Shown: piece after piece, positions 50,262-62,278 of the stretch
How positions within the stretch are numbered: the stretch's first letter is position 1
How the letters are laid out: the number at the start of each line of letters is the position of its first letter
From: Lama glama
Lineage: Eukaryota
NCBI GenBank assembly: GCA_028534125.1
Contig: CM052816.1
Location: 43,092,001 to 43,156,000 of the forward strand
Length of the DNA stretch: 64,000 nt
Direction: 5' to 3'
The notes under the pieces: generated by a model
Told to the model about the DNA's origin: nothing
The model's input: only the letters and a program-made list of their open reading frames with translations
Database searches by the model: none
Program-made: the position numbers and the translations under genes

Positions 50262-52624
50262 CTTTGAATGATACAGTATTATGTTTACTAAAATGTAGCA
50301 TCTGTCATACAGTAGTAGTAACTACCTATTGTTTTTATCTATTCGTATTTTCCCTGAATTTTCACACTTTCAAGGCTATGTTGATTCTTTGGGATTTCTT
50401 TCAACCCATGCTAAAATGCCTTGACAGATATGTATTAGCATCCTTTAAGTGTGAGAGACCTGATTATGTGTATTAGTGGATGTTATAACACAAGAGAAAC
50501 AGTATCACATGGTGTAAAAGGGAAAGGTGTCAGGATATGGGTGATTTATTAATTGTTAGCAAGGCTAGCTTTCCTTTATGATAGGTGGGATCAATGTTAT
50601 GAAACTGTTTTGATGGAAGGTTTCATCAGTTTCAACAGAGTTCTGCTGGGATGCTGTATTGGTCTAGAGACTTTGTAAGCTGCTTAGGTCTTCGAGATTC
50701 CACTGTAATAGTCCATGCTCTTTACTTTGTTTTTTTAAAACGTATTACTGGCTTGTGTTTGAGCCATCACACATTAAGCTTGTTATTAATCATTAACACC
50801 TTGCTATGAATTATTTTGTGACATTGCTCTTTGCCAGTTAAAAAGGTGTGTCAACACCTGGGACTTGGCAGGAGGCAGCTGCTCTGACTTTTTAGCAAAG
50901 GTTCTTAGTTTCCAGCTGGTTCTCCTTGCGGGTTCCAGAGTTGGGCTGGCTGCTCCCATTACTGTACCTGGAATGAAGAGCATTTGAAGGGAGTGTGGAA
51001 AAATCCTTGCCTTTAGGGAAGTTCAGGTAAGGCTCAATCTTTTAAAGAAATTGTTAGTCAGAGACTATAGAAAAGAAAATAAACACTGAAGTATGGAAAT
51101 AAAGAGGGATGCAGATCATGGATGTCTTTGCTTTCTTAACTACAGTGCGCACTCGGATTGCTTTGACCAATACCTTTACCTTGACTTAAATGTGTTGCTG
51201 GGAAGTGATTCCCCAAATTCCCTTTTGGTACAACCTGGCCTCTGAATGGACTGAATTTTCCATTGGAAATTGAGTGAAGTTTCCCCAGATCTGTTCCACC
51301 TGAAGAAAATTGCTTTTCAAGCTATATGCCAGCATATCTTTCTTGTCTGCTTAAGAATTGTGAATGATCAGTACTTGGACAAAAGAAGAGAAGTATCTTT
51401 ATAATCTAGAGAACTTCCCAGATTAATGAATGTGAGGGGCACATGGCACCTGAAGAATGGTTCGAGAGCTCAGAAAAGAGAGGGCTAAAGCTGAGCTTTA
51501 TTTACTTCTTAGTTTTACTTAGTTTTTACTTATCGAGGTTGTCATACACTTTGCTGTATATGACAATCTTTGTATTCCTACCAGATTTGTTTCTGTAAAA
51601 TTTATATGCTAATTCTTATTTTATCTTTTTATTATGACCTTCTTAAAAATTTTGTCATAAAGTGTTACCTTTATTTATAAATGGTGAATGATGCTAATAT
51701 GAGAACTTTGGGAAAGTTCTCTTTTTTGACTCAGCTTAATGATCTCATCTAGTTTTGGGAAGGATGTTGCTGTGTTCTTACGATGAAATGCTACTCCTCA
51801 GTTATTAAAAGCAAACGCCTTGAAGCCTTTCAATGCTGTGTCCTCAAGTATACCTGACCAACAGGATGAACTAAGTAAATGTTGACTTGGAAAGGTCATC
51901 TCTTTCTTCATGTCTCTTTGGATTGAAAATGAGTATTGATTAATGGTATCAAAGTAAATGATTTTAAATACAAAAGTATCTAAATGAACTCCTAGATTAT
52001 TGGGTACCCTTATTTCCTGCTCTCTGTGGGTTCATTTGTTTTATCTAAATTTAATATGAGTTTCTTCTATGTTGTTTTTTTTGGTACAGTAAGCTTTTAA
52101 TAAAATATTTCCTATTGTGTTCTAGAATACTGTTTTTAGATGATAAATATTCTGCTTCTCATAGATCAGTTTCTTTCAGAACTTTGGAACAACACAGCCT
52201 TGAAAGTGTGAAAATTCAGGGAAAATATGAATAGATAAAAACATAGATCAGTTTCTCAGTATAATCCTTTTCTTTGATTATATTAGTGAAAATATACTGC
52301 CAGTTTTATGTTTTTCAAAGCGTGCTTGCCAATTGGGTATTATTTCCTTTCCTTGCCCTTCAGAATGACTGTTCTAGTTCAGTGAGACGGAATCAGTACA
52401 GACATCCATGGTCTGTGATTTCAAAACAGCACATGTCTGCTAACCTATAGGGAACCTCTAAATCTTAGGTTTACTGCCAAGCACAGAATTCCCGTGAGAT
52501 CAGCAAAATTTTTGATCATTCCTTTTTTTAGCTCCAGCACCTAAAACAGGGCCTGGCCATCAGAAAGTCCTCAATCAATGTTTGCTGAATTGAAGTGAAC
52601 AGAAATACAGGCAAGTAAGTCAAG

Positions 52625-53140
52625 ATTCTCTAGTTTTCAAATCATCGAAAAGCCAGCTCAAACCAGCTTGAGCAAAACAGGAATTTAATGGCTCAAGTGT
52701 TTGAGATATCCAGGGCTGCAAACTTGTGGGATCCAGGGTCTCCCAGTGTTACCAGAACACTGTGCTTCTGCTTTTGTCTCTGTGCTGGACCCTGCTGTCC
52801 TCTATGTTGGTAGGTTCCTGCGTGTGGAGGCAAAGGGGACCTAGAGCAGCCTCAGACTTGCATTGCCCAGACAGCTGGCCTTCTCAGCAAAAGAAGTGTC
52901 TCTGCAGATTGTTTCAGCACAAGTCCTAGGTCTGACCCCCTGAGTCTCAATGGTCTGGTTTAGGTGGCTTGACCATCCCTAGAACCATCTCTGCCTAGGG
53001 GAATAGTATATTCTGGCCAGACCTGGGTCAAGGGCAGCCCGCCTGTGGTCAGCTCCATCCAAATCATATGTTATAAGAATGGGGAGTGGTGGTTCCCCAG
53101 AAAGATACTTGCAGATGACCACCACCACAGAGAAATGTTA
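52625..53140 (-). mobile_element. Old MaLR LTR remnant (MLT1K/L-like)
   Basis: 'ctcaaaccagcttgagcaaaa…ggaatttaatggctca', 'ccatccctagaaccatc'. Confidence 0.55.
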
Positions 53141-54189
53141 TTTTAAAAAAAGAAAAGGTAGCAGTTGGTGACAGGTCACAAAATGCAAAATATACTGTAA
53201 ATTTGAAACTAGATTAACCTTCTTCCAATGGACTATATGCTCTTGGTAGACTTGGTGTTTTTGGACTTAGTAAGAGATTTAAGCCTCTACTTGGAGCTCC
53301 TGAGCCTCTAAACTTATAAAGAGGTGGTGGAAAAAATGTAATCTCGCTCCTCAGTGAGAGAGTATTAAAAGTTTAACCATCTTACTTGCCCTGGATATTA
53401 TGCCCATTGAGGACTGAATAATTTTTCCCTTAAACATGAATCAAGCTGCAATCGACCTCCTAAAGCAAGTTTTGTTTAGTCAACCATTTGTTCCTGCTAC
53501 CCCTGATGGAGGCTCTTATAAGGGACCATTCCAGGGCTCCATCCAGGTGGCAGAAGCGCTCTGCATATCCCATTCTTCTCAAGAGGGTTGAGTGTAGAGA
53601 TGAGACACTTTCCACCCTGCATCCCAGCCCAAGTCTCTAGGGAACTTGGCAAAAGTTCCAGGACTTTTATGTCCTTCATTGGGTTGTAAGTGCTTACATG
53701 CAAATTGATTCCTATGAACAGTTTTGTGGGTCCCAGAGTCCCCAAGACAAGACAGACAAATGAGGCCCTAAGAATGATCCCATTTCGATGAGAAAGTCCA
53801 TTTCTGAAATAATACCATGGGAATCTCCTTACAAGATACTCTCTTAGGTTCATGAAGTCAGGGCAGTTAGAAGCTGAAACTTGCTATGAAGTCCTATTTA
53901 AAAACTCTGAACCCTGACAGCATAACCTTTCTCCTTCTTGCTTTGGTTTGCAAATAGAAGAGGTACTTGCACATTGTCTGGGGCCCTCTAATACTCCTGG
54001 GATAGTATTTCCTGGTGACTTAGACTCATAATTATGTTTTCATGAATGTCTGGAGAAATTGTACTAATTAAGAATATTGGAAAATAAGGTTTCATTTTAG
54101 CAGAATATATTAAAATTTCAATGGCTATTCAAATAAGCTATTTTTATTATACTGAGATGTTGAATAAATTCATATATCAGTATACTACT

Positions 54190-54348
54190 ATTTTTTTATA
54201 CTTTAACATTTTTATTGATTTATAATTATTTTACAATGTTGTGTCAAATTCCAGTGTTCAGCACAATTTTTCAGTCATTCATGGACATACACACACTCAT
54301 TGTCACATTTTTTTCTCTGTGATTTATCATAACATTTTGTGTATATTT
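54190..54348 (-). mobile_element. Young L1 3' terminus (antisense), running into an assembly gap
   Basis: T-run then 3'UTR. Shares 'ttctctgtgatttatcataa.attttgtgtatattt' with the 61.8-kb copy. Confidence 0.85.
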
Positions 54349-54848
54349 NNNNNNNNNNNNNNNNNNNNNNNNNNNNNNNNNNNNNNNNNNNNNNNNNNNN
54401 NNNNNNNNNNNNNNNNNNNNNNNNNNNNNNNNNNNNNNNNNNNNNNNNNNNNNNNNNNNNNNNNNNNNNNNNNNNNNNNNNNNNNNNNNNNNNNNNNNNN
54501 NNNNNNNNNNNNNNNNNNNNNNNNNNNNNNNNNNNNNNNNNNNNNNNNNNNNNNNNNNNNNNNNNNNNNNNNNNNNNNNNNNNNNNNNNNNNNNNNNNNN
54601 NNNNNNNNNNNNNNNNNNNNNNNNNNNNNNNNNNNNNNNNNNNNNNNNNNNNNNNNNNNNNNNNNNNNNNNNNNNNNNNNNNNNNNNNNNNNNNNNNNNN
54701 NNNNNNNNNNNNNNNNNNNNNNNNNNNNNNNNNNNNNNNNNNNNNNNNNNNNNNNNNNNNNNNNNNNNNNNNNNNNNNNNNNNNNNNNNNNNNNNNNNNN
54801 NNNNNNNNNNNNNNNNNNNNNNNNNNNNNNNNNNNNNNNNNNNNNNNN
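54349..54848. other. Assembly gap (500 N)
   Basis: Directly visible; round-number length. Confidence 0.99.
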
Positions 54849-54990
54849 AAACAAGCAATTCTCCAAGGAAGACATACAAATGATCAAAAGGCACATGAAA
54901 AAATGCTCAATATCACTAATTATCAGAGAAATGCAAATCAAAACTACAATGAGGTATCACCTCACACCAGTCAGAATGGCCGTCATTCAA
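54849..54990 (+). mobile_element. Young L1 ORF2 fragment in sense orientation
   Basis: [44 protein letters not shown], well-preserved L1 ORF2p C-terminal region. Confidence 0.95.
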
Positions 54991-55195
54991 GTTACCATTC
55001 TTGTATATCTCCTCACTGTCTTCCATATGTCATTGTATTTTCCCCTCCTTCATCTTACTAAGCCTTGTAGATTTATGTCTTTGTAAAAAAAAAAAATCTT
55101 TTACTGTAGTTTTTAATAGGGTTTGGGAAGATGATCCTGTCAGTTATGGATGTTTAATCTGCCATTCTGGAACTGAGATCATAAGCATTTATAGC

Positions 55196-55325
55196 AAGAG
55201 TCAGCAAACTTTTTCTTAAAAAGCCAGAGAGTAAGTAATTTAAACTTGCAAGCCATATAGACTCTCACAAATACTCAACTATACTGTTTTAAGGTGAAAG
55301 CAACCATTGATAGGTTTGATAACTC
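55196..55325 (+). mobile_element. MER58-like hAT fragment
   Basis: 'gtcagcaaactttttcttaaaaagccagagagtaag…tactcaactatactg'. Confidence 0.65.
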
Positions 55326-55374
55326 CTATTTAGAAAAAAAGATGTGCCACCATTGTTGGTTGGTTGGTTGGTTG

Positions 55375-55690
55375 ATTAGCTTTATTGAGATAGAATTTGT
55401 ATACTGTAAGTCAAACTAATTTTAAATATATAATTGGATGTGTGTAGTGTGTATCACTGTGTAATCATCACCATAATCATGATAAAAAAGCATTTCCATC
55501 ACTCTAAAAAGTTTTCTATTTCTCAGACTGACCCCTTTTGCAGTCCATTTCCTCCCCCCGTTTTCTGATCCTGCCAACCACTGATTCTAACACTATAGTT
55601 TCAGCTTTTCTAGAACTCCCTGTGAAGTGAATCATACAATTATATAAATCATACAGTTTGTGTCTAGCTTCTCTTTAGCCTTATTCTTTG
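55375..55690 (-). mobile_element. Old L1 3' end, antisense
   Basis: 'agctttattgagatag', 'catttccatcactctaaaaagtt', 'gcaaccactgat'. Confidence 0.7.
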
Positions 55691-55984
55691 TTGTAGATAA
55701 ATAAATGGCAGAAAGTTAATAATAGATCTCAAGACAGGTTCAATTTCTGTCTCATAAGGTGGCAGAAGCAATTCAAAAAAAAGGACATGTTTAACTTTCA
55801 GAAAACAAACTGCTTCTTTTCACAAAGAAAGTCTTTTCATGTGAACCTGGTACCTGGTAGCTACATAAGCAATACTCTTGTCCCTTTTTCTTAAAGACCT
55901 TTCGCCTTTTTTGGTATTGCTACAAGGAGCAACAGCCTTGACTGTGCCTACATAGAGGAAGCAATATTAGAGGTGTTTGAACAC

Positions 55985-56230
55985 GGCAGTGGAGAGTGGT
56001 TAAGATTACAGGCATGGACTTTAGACTACCTAGGTTTGGATGCTGGTCCTGCTGTATACTAGCAGTTTTCTTGAGTACATTTCTTAATCATTTTTGCCTA
56101 TTTATCTAATTATGGGGAAAATAATAGTACTTATTTCATAGGATTGTTGTCAGGATTAAATGAGTTAGTATCTGTAAAATATTTAGATCCATACCTGCCT
56201 CAGTATGCACTATAGGAACATTATTGTGAT
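55985..56230 (+). mobile_element. MIR SINE
   Basis: 'agtggttaaga…aataatagtacttatttcataggattgttgtcaggattaaatgagttag'. Confidence 0.8.
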
Positions 56231-56599
56231 TGTACGGTAGATTGCACTAAGAGAGGAGAAGCTAAATTTTATTCAAGTGAGAAGGATCATCAGTGTTTAC
56301 TTTGTTGAAAATGCTCAGGAGCTTGGTTCTGGAATCTGAGAATCCTACCAGCTCTGTCTGCCTCCCATTCCAGGTTATACCCATTTTGTGGCAATTATGG
56401 CCCAGTCACAAAGCATTTGGCACCATTTCTGTAAATAATGGGTCATAATTATTTGCTTCTCCAGTTTCTTTTTACTTCTTGTTAGTTAACTGTTGTTTAA
56501 ACTTTGTATTCAAATAGATAAAAAGACAAGATATTATGTCAGCCCAGTATAACAGCCATTGTTAACAACACTTTAAACTTATCATTTAAAAGAATAGGT

Positions 56600-57070
56600 A
56601 ATATAGCATAGAAGTTCAGATGCTAGAACCAGACAAACTAGCTTGCAATCTGGAAAACTGTATGACCTTGTACAAAATATTGATCTCTGTAAATTGGGAT
56701 ATTTAGAGTATCTGTGTCATGAAGTCATTGTAAAGACTGAATGAGAGAAAGCATGTAGCCAGTTCAAGTGGTTAACGTCCTAGGCAAGATATGGTGACAG
56801 CTTGGGCTGAGATAGTAACAGTGGAAATTGAGAGAAGTTTATGGATTCTGGAAACATTTTTGAGGACAAATTAAGTTGGATCAGCATGAGAGATAGAAGA
56901 AGAGGGATACGTCAAGGATCTCTTCCAGATTTTTGAGTTGAACAACTGGATGAGTAGAGGTACCACTTGACAAGATGAGAAAGACTGAACGAAGAACAGA
57001 TAATGGGGAATTGGGAGATCAATGCAGAGTTTACTTTTGGACATGCTAAGCTTGAAATATCAGTGTGAAA
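56600..57070. mobile_element. MIR remnant (+) followed by L2 fragment (-)
   Basis: 'tgtatgaccttg…tctgtaaattggg'; 'ttttggacatgctaagcttgaaat'. Confidence 0.6.
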
Positions 57071-57313
57071 TTCAAGTATGTTTGGTATGGTTCTGAATAC
57101 TGATCCTTTGTCAGTTTTAATCATCATGAGTGTCTTCTTTTTATAGCTGTTTATAATTTATTAAATATAGCCTTATTGACAAATAATGTAGCCTTAAATG
57201 TGTCTCCAAGATTGATGGCTGTCAATCGTATCTTGACACCTAAAAGGTGGGAAAAATTGATAGTTTCAAGATATCTCTAACTTACAGATTCTTTTGTCTA
57301 TTTTCATTACGTT

Positions 57314-57391
57314 TAAGGTTGAATCTTATGAAATTGCCACTTTTAAGGTCAAAAATGTCTAATGTTGGTAACTTCATATGATTCCATTTAA
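57314..57391. mobile_element. MADE2-like ~80-bp mariner MITE
   Basis: 'aggttgaatcttatgaaattgcca…ggtaacttcatatgattcca' inverted arms. Confidence 0.75.
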
Positions 57392-59829
57392 TGTTTAAAA
57401 ACCAAATAATGGTTATCTTTGAAGATGCTTTCATTAGAGATATGCTGTACCATCAGTTTTTACGCTTTCATATATATTCCTTGTCCTTTAATCACCATTA
57501 AACAGAAATGTCTATACTTTTTAAAAGATAATAATGCATTTAAAATATGCCAAAATGAAGATAAATTTTTAATCCAAAGCATTTAATCAGATTAAAATAA
57601 AACTACATCCTCTGTGACATGATGAAATATATTTTGTATACAACTATTCTTATAAATGTTCTGTTCTGTATTAATGTACAATTTATTCTTTGTTCTTGTA
57701 CAAAGGAGTAAGTAACAGAATCATCTAAAAGTTTAAAACTAAACTGAATGAGTTCCTTGCTTATGTCTTTCTGATTTAGGGCCGTGCTGTATTTGTATTT
57801 CATTTCTTCTGAAAATGTACCCTACTAGCCAATTCCTAAAAATATAAATTTTCTTTTATCTTGTACCTGTGGATTGGTTGGATGCAAGAAGATAACTTAC
57901 ATTTTTGCATCCTCATGCATCCCTCTGACTTGGATATCTGCATCCCATTCGGATTTCATTGAGCCGTATTTTACGTAATGAAAAGTCTTAGCTTTTTAAA
58001 AGAAATAATTTTGATTTGTAAATTTTGTCATAAACAAAGGTGTGGGTTTTATATTAGTGTTCTTTCTCCAGCTGATATCTCCAGTGTAAATAGCAAATCA
58101 GTGGTAGTACTAAAGGCTGCTGGTGGAGGATGTGTGTGTGTGTATGTGAGAGAAAGAGACGTATGTGATACAACTGGAGTTAGTGACAGATACATGCTAG
58201 TTTAAAGTAACAAATGCTAGATTTTATTATTCATAAAGAAATTTTCTTAGTAAATACACTTCCCATCACAATTTATATGAAGTAAAATAAAGTTTTGATT
58301 TTATAATTGGACATTTAAAAACCCTTGAAATTCATTTAATTTTTATTTTACTTTTACTAAAATCAATTATAAGTTTAAAGTATTATATTGTAAGAGCACT
58401 CATTTTATAACTTTGTAGCAACAAGTTAGCAGAAGAAAAATCTGTCAAATTTGGCAGTGGTTCAGAAAATATGTGAACCTGTCACTGTAAGCAGTCTCAA
58501 AGGGCGAAATGCTTTACAGGAGCTAATTAACCTTAGAAAATAATTACACAAATATGCAAATGTTGTTTAGATAATTCTGGGTGTTATCAGCTCAGGTAGT
58601 CCATCATAAATGCAGACCTTGCAATGCCTAGGTAGTAGAATCTGGCGTAGTTGATAAGGCTTTGGTTACTAAATCACTTCTGTTTGGCATTTAACAATTA
58701 GTGATGGCAAGAGTACATCAGGAAATTCAACCCGTACTCTGAATACCACCGAATTCCACGGTGTAAATGTTCTGTGCATTCTGCCACTAGCAAATTCTAA
58801 TTAATGGATTTACTTTTGTCTTTTCATGCACTTTGTATATTTGCGTATTCTAAAATCATCCGGCTTGAAGTTACTCAATAGAAAATGCACTCTGATGTGA
58901 AATGCATGGAGAGACCTGTAGAGTAGATTTAGTATGTTTGCATTTCTGTAATTGAGGCATATTAGAAAGCCTTCCCTATTGAAATCTGTTTAGCTTCAAA
59001 ATACACTGCTGGTAGTGTACACTCTCTGGATTATGGTTTATAAATATGTAATGACTGTGGACACAGTGTGGGCTGCAGCTTGGAATGACATGCATGGGCC
59101 TTGGAACGGCCTCACCTCATGTATAAAACTGGAACTTTAGTAATATAATATGTCAGAAATATGTATGAAAAACTACTCTCAGTTTATTAATTCCTATGCT
59201 ACCATTATTGTACCTAACTGTTGTAGGAGGCAGCAGATATTTGGCAGAATTTGCTACATCTTAAAACGATGAGGATCTGCTCTCTATACACTGTGAATAG
59301 TAAAAAGCCATACATTTGTGAAACCCTTAGGAAATAGTCACATAAGAAAGCCAGGTTTTTTTTTTATAGCTAAGGTTTATCTCCTTTATCACCTGTTTTT
59401 AAGAATAATATTTTGAATAAAACTATTTCTTAATTGTATGTCCCTAGCCTTTCAGAAGTGGAATTCACGTAGCATCATTAGCTTTCTTTTGATGATTCAG
59501 GATCCCTGTTTTCTTGTCTGTTGTACTTTAAATGCAGTCCTGCCCTCACGTTGCTCAGTAACAATGCTAGTAGTCACTCTTTGTGCTGTATGGCTCTTCT
59601 GATTTTTGTAGGTTTTCTGTTTCTTCAGTTGCTATCAAACTTGTAGCTATCACTTCTTACTCTTAAACCCATTTGAAACAACCGTTTTGATTTGCTGTTT
59701 GTACATGTGCAGTGGGTTCAGCACAGATGTTAGAATTTATTAGATATGAAGATGTAAATATCCCACCCAGACACTGGTTCCCCCTAAGAAGCCAATAGTA
59801 GTTATTCAGCAGGATTTCTGATTTTTTGT

Positions 59830-60240
59830 TATTCACTTATTATAAAAAATATTAACTTTATACTAACTTTGGAAAGTTCAGAAAGATGTAAAGAAGCTAA
59901 ACATAAGAAAATATTCATAATCCCACCATCCACAGGAAACTGCTTTTAATATTTTTATTTGATTTCTTCTAGTCTTTCTTGAGCCTTTTTATGTGGCGAA
60001 AATTATACCACCTATAAAATTAGATGAACTGCATGTATTACTTTATAAGCTCATTGAATAGCTGCATATTTCCTTAGAAAGACAAACTATAATTCACTTA
60101 AATATTTATTTCTGCATTATTGGACACGTAAGCATTACCCAGATTTTTGCTTCTATAAATGAGACAGTGATGAACATCTTTGAACATCATTTATTTGCCA
60201 CATTCCAGATTATCAGAAGCTAGATTCCTGAAAAGGAGTT
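59830..60240 (-). mobile_element. Very old L1ME-like remnant
   Basis: 'cataatcccaccatcca', 'ttggacac…ccagatttttgct..tataaat…gtgatgaacatcttt'. Confidence 0.55.
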
Positions 60241-60711
60241 TGAATACACCTTTGTCTTGGTTTTTGAAATGCCCTTCATGATACTTTGTCAATAGTATCA
60301 TTGCCAATAGCACTAGCATGTTAGTCACTTATTAAATGCCTGTGGCATGCTTTGTATTTATAGTTTGAATCTGAAAATGAACCTACCTTGAAATTCTTTA
60401 TATTCTGGAAAGAAGAAGTGACATGGCAGATTAAATAAGTAGCAGGATAGAGAAGAACCAGTGAAACAGTGCCAAACTCAATTTAAGCTACCATGGCTAA
60501 TAGTAGAGCTGACATGTAAATTGAAATCAACAATATTTTACAGTAGTTTTAAATATAAACAGGATAATAATACATGTAAATAGATGTAAATACTTTCCGT
60601 GTATTTCTTGTAAGGTGCTCTAGGTCAGAGGTTAGCAAAACTCTTTCCCCTTCTGCATGAAAATCTGACCTTCAGTTAACTTTCTGGCTCTATGTCCTTG
60701 GAAGCCTAATA

Positions 60712-61150
60712 ACGTGGTATCTTAAATTGAGTTTCGCAGGTAACAGAATCTGAAGTTGCATGCAGGAAGTTTGTTGGGGAGTTCCCTTGGGATCAACACC
60801 TGTAAGAGAGTGGAAAAAATAGACTTTGGCAGGAGTTGAACTACAGTATAGCCTCAATAAAAGCCCTCATCTAATTGCTTGATGATCTCTGGTTCTGGGA
60901 TGACTTTTCAGAAATGTCCTGCCTTGAGGCAAGAGAGAGATTCTTTACAATCCATATCATCTCAACCAGTCATTGAATGTAAATTGCCTCAGAGGTAGGA
61001 TTGTAACTTGAGGCAAGATAGCTTTACTTGGCTGAAAGTGATTCCTAGAGTTTCCTCAGCTGAACTATCAGTTGCCAACACTTGCACAGTTCAGGAAATG
61101 TGTGTCTATAACTAACGGGGGTTCTGGGAAGCATACCATAGCATCCACTC
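60712..61150 (-). mobile_element. LTR16-like ERVL LTR
   Basis: 'tgcatgcaggaagtttgttggggag…cttgggatcaacacctgt', 'accagtcattg', ends 'gcataccatagcatccac'. Confidence 0.6.
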
Positions 61151-61818
61151 TAAGTGGTTGGTTGCTAGGCAGCACTGGGTATGGTGGAAAGTCACCTCTG
61201 ATTCGAAACTGCATCTAGATTAGAAGGAATTCTAATGGGCTATAAATACCAGGGTTTCGATCTTCCCTGAGGGTAGTAACTTTTGTAATTCGGCCTGCCC
61301 TTGCAAGCAGGGACCCTGGAAGCCATGCCAGTGGAGTTGTTCCAAGAGGTATTGCCTTCTGTAGGATATAAGACTTCTAAGGCAAGATAGCTCCTGTATC
61401 TGCCTAAGGTGAATCTGATTCCCTTACTCCTGAGCTAACACCTTACAGGCCAAAGAGGGCAACTCCTACAAGGTTATGTGGTCCACTGCAGGAACTGCGG
61501 TGAGGCTCACTAGAACGGAATGCCTGCTGCTGTCCTGATGGCCAACTGTGATTCCTACCCTGTATCTTTTTGGGTCATAGATGTCAAATGTGACCTAGAA
61601 TTATCTTGTGTAATTATTTAGCTGTGCCTATGGATAACCCCCTAAGTGGATATTATAGACATTTTTTTCAACTGAGTGTTGCTTTTTAGAACATTAGGTT
61701 TTAAAGTCTAAAACTAAAGAATAATTTGATGACCTTAGAGTCAGGCTGAAAATATTTAAGTACGTGGGGCACAGGGATACCTAAGGTTTCTTTTTCCTAC
61801 TGCTGACAGACCATTATT

Positions 61819-62178
61819 TTTTTTTTTTCAGCTGACATTTATTTTATTTTTCTTTTTTTTTTTTCTCTGTGATTTATCATAAAATTTTGTGTATATTTCC
61901 CTGTGCTATACAGTGTAATCTTGTTTATCTGTTCTACAATTTTGAAATCCCAGTCTATCCCTTCCCACCCTCTACCCCACCCCCCCCCCCGGTAACCACA
62001 AGTCTGTATTCTCTGTCCATGAGTCCATTTCTGTCCTGTATTTATGCTTTGTTTTTGTTTGTTTGTTTGTTTTTGTTTTTTAGATTCCACATATGAGCGA
62101 TCTCATATGGTATTTTTCTTTCTCTTTCTGGCTTACTTCACTTAGAATGACATTCTCTAGGAGCATCCATGTTGCTGC
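61819..62178 (-). mobile_element. Young L1 3' portion (antisense) with perfect 17-bp TSD; remainder in a gap
   Basis: ORF2 end AATWMLLENVILSEVSQKEKEKYHMRSLICGI on minus. TSD gctgacagaccattatt at 61802-61818 and 62279-62295. Confidence 0.95.
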
Positions 62179-62278
62179 NNNNNNNNNNNNNNNNNNNNNN
62201 NNNNNNNNNNNNNNNNNNNNNNNNNNNNNNNNNNNNNNNNNNNNNNNNNNNNNNNNNNNNNNNNNNNNNNNNNNNNNN
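62179..62278. other. Assembly gap (100 N)
   Basis: Directly visible; placeholder length. Confidence 0.99.

Noticed and set aside
53497..53853. 118-aa minus-strand ORF
   Set aside because: No recognisable domain or splice context; length is compatible with chance.
54241..55086. Longest ORFs (204-281 aa)
   Set aside because: They are mostly X from the 500-N gap; the real residues are L1 sequence.
57896..57960. Minus-strand mini-exon MKSEWDADIQVRGMHEDAK ending at GTAAG
   Set aside because: Unrecognised peptide, no supporting acceptor or promoter, and opposite to the inferred host orientation.
61238..61252. TATA/MEF2-like GGCTATAAATACC
   Set aside because: Isolated motif with no CpG island or downstream exon support.
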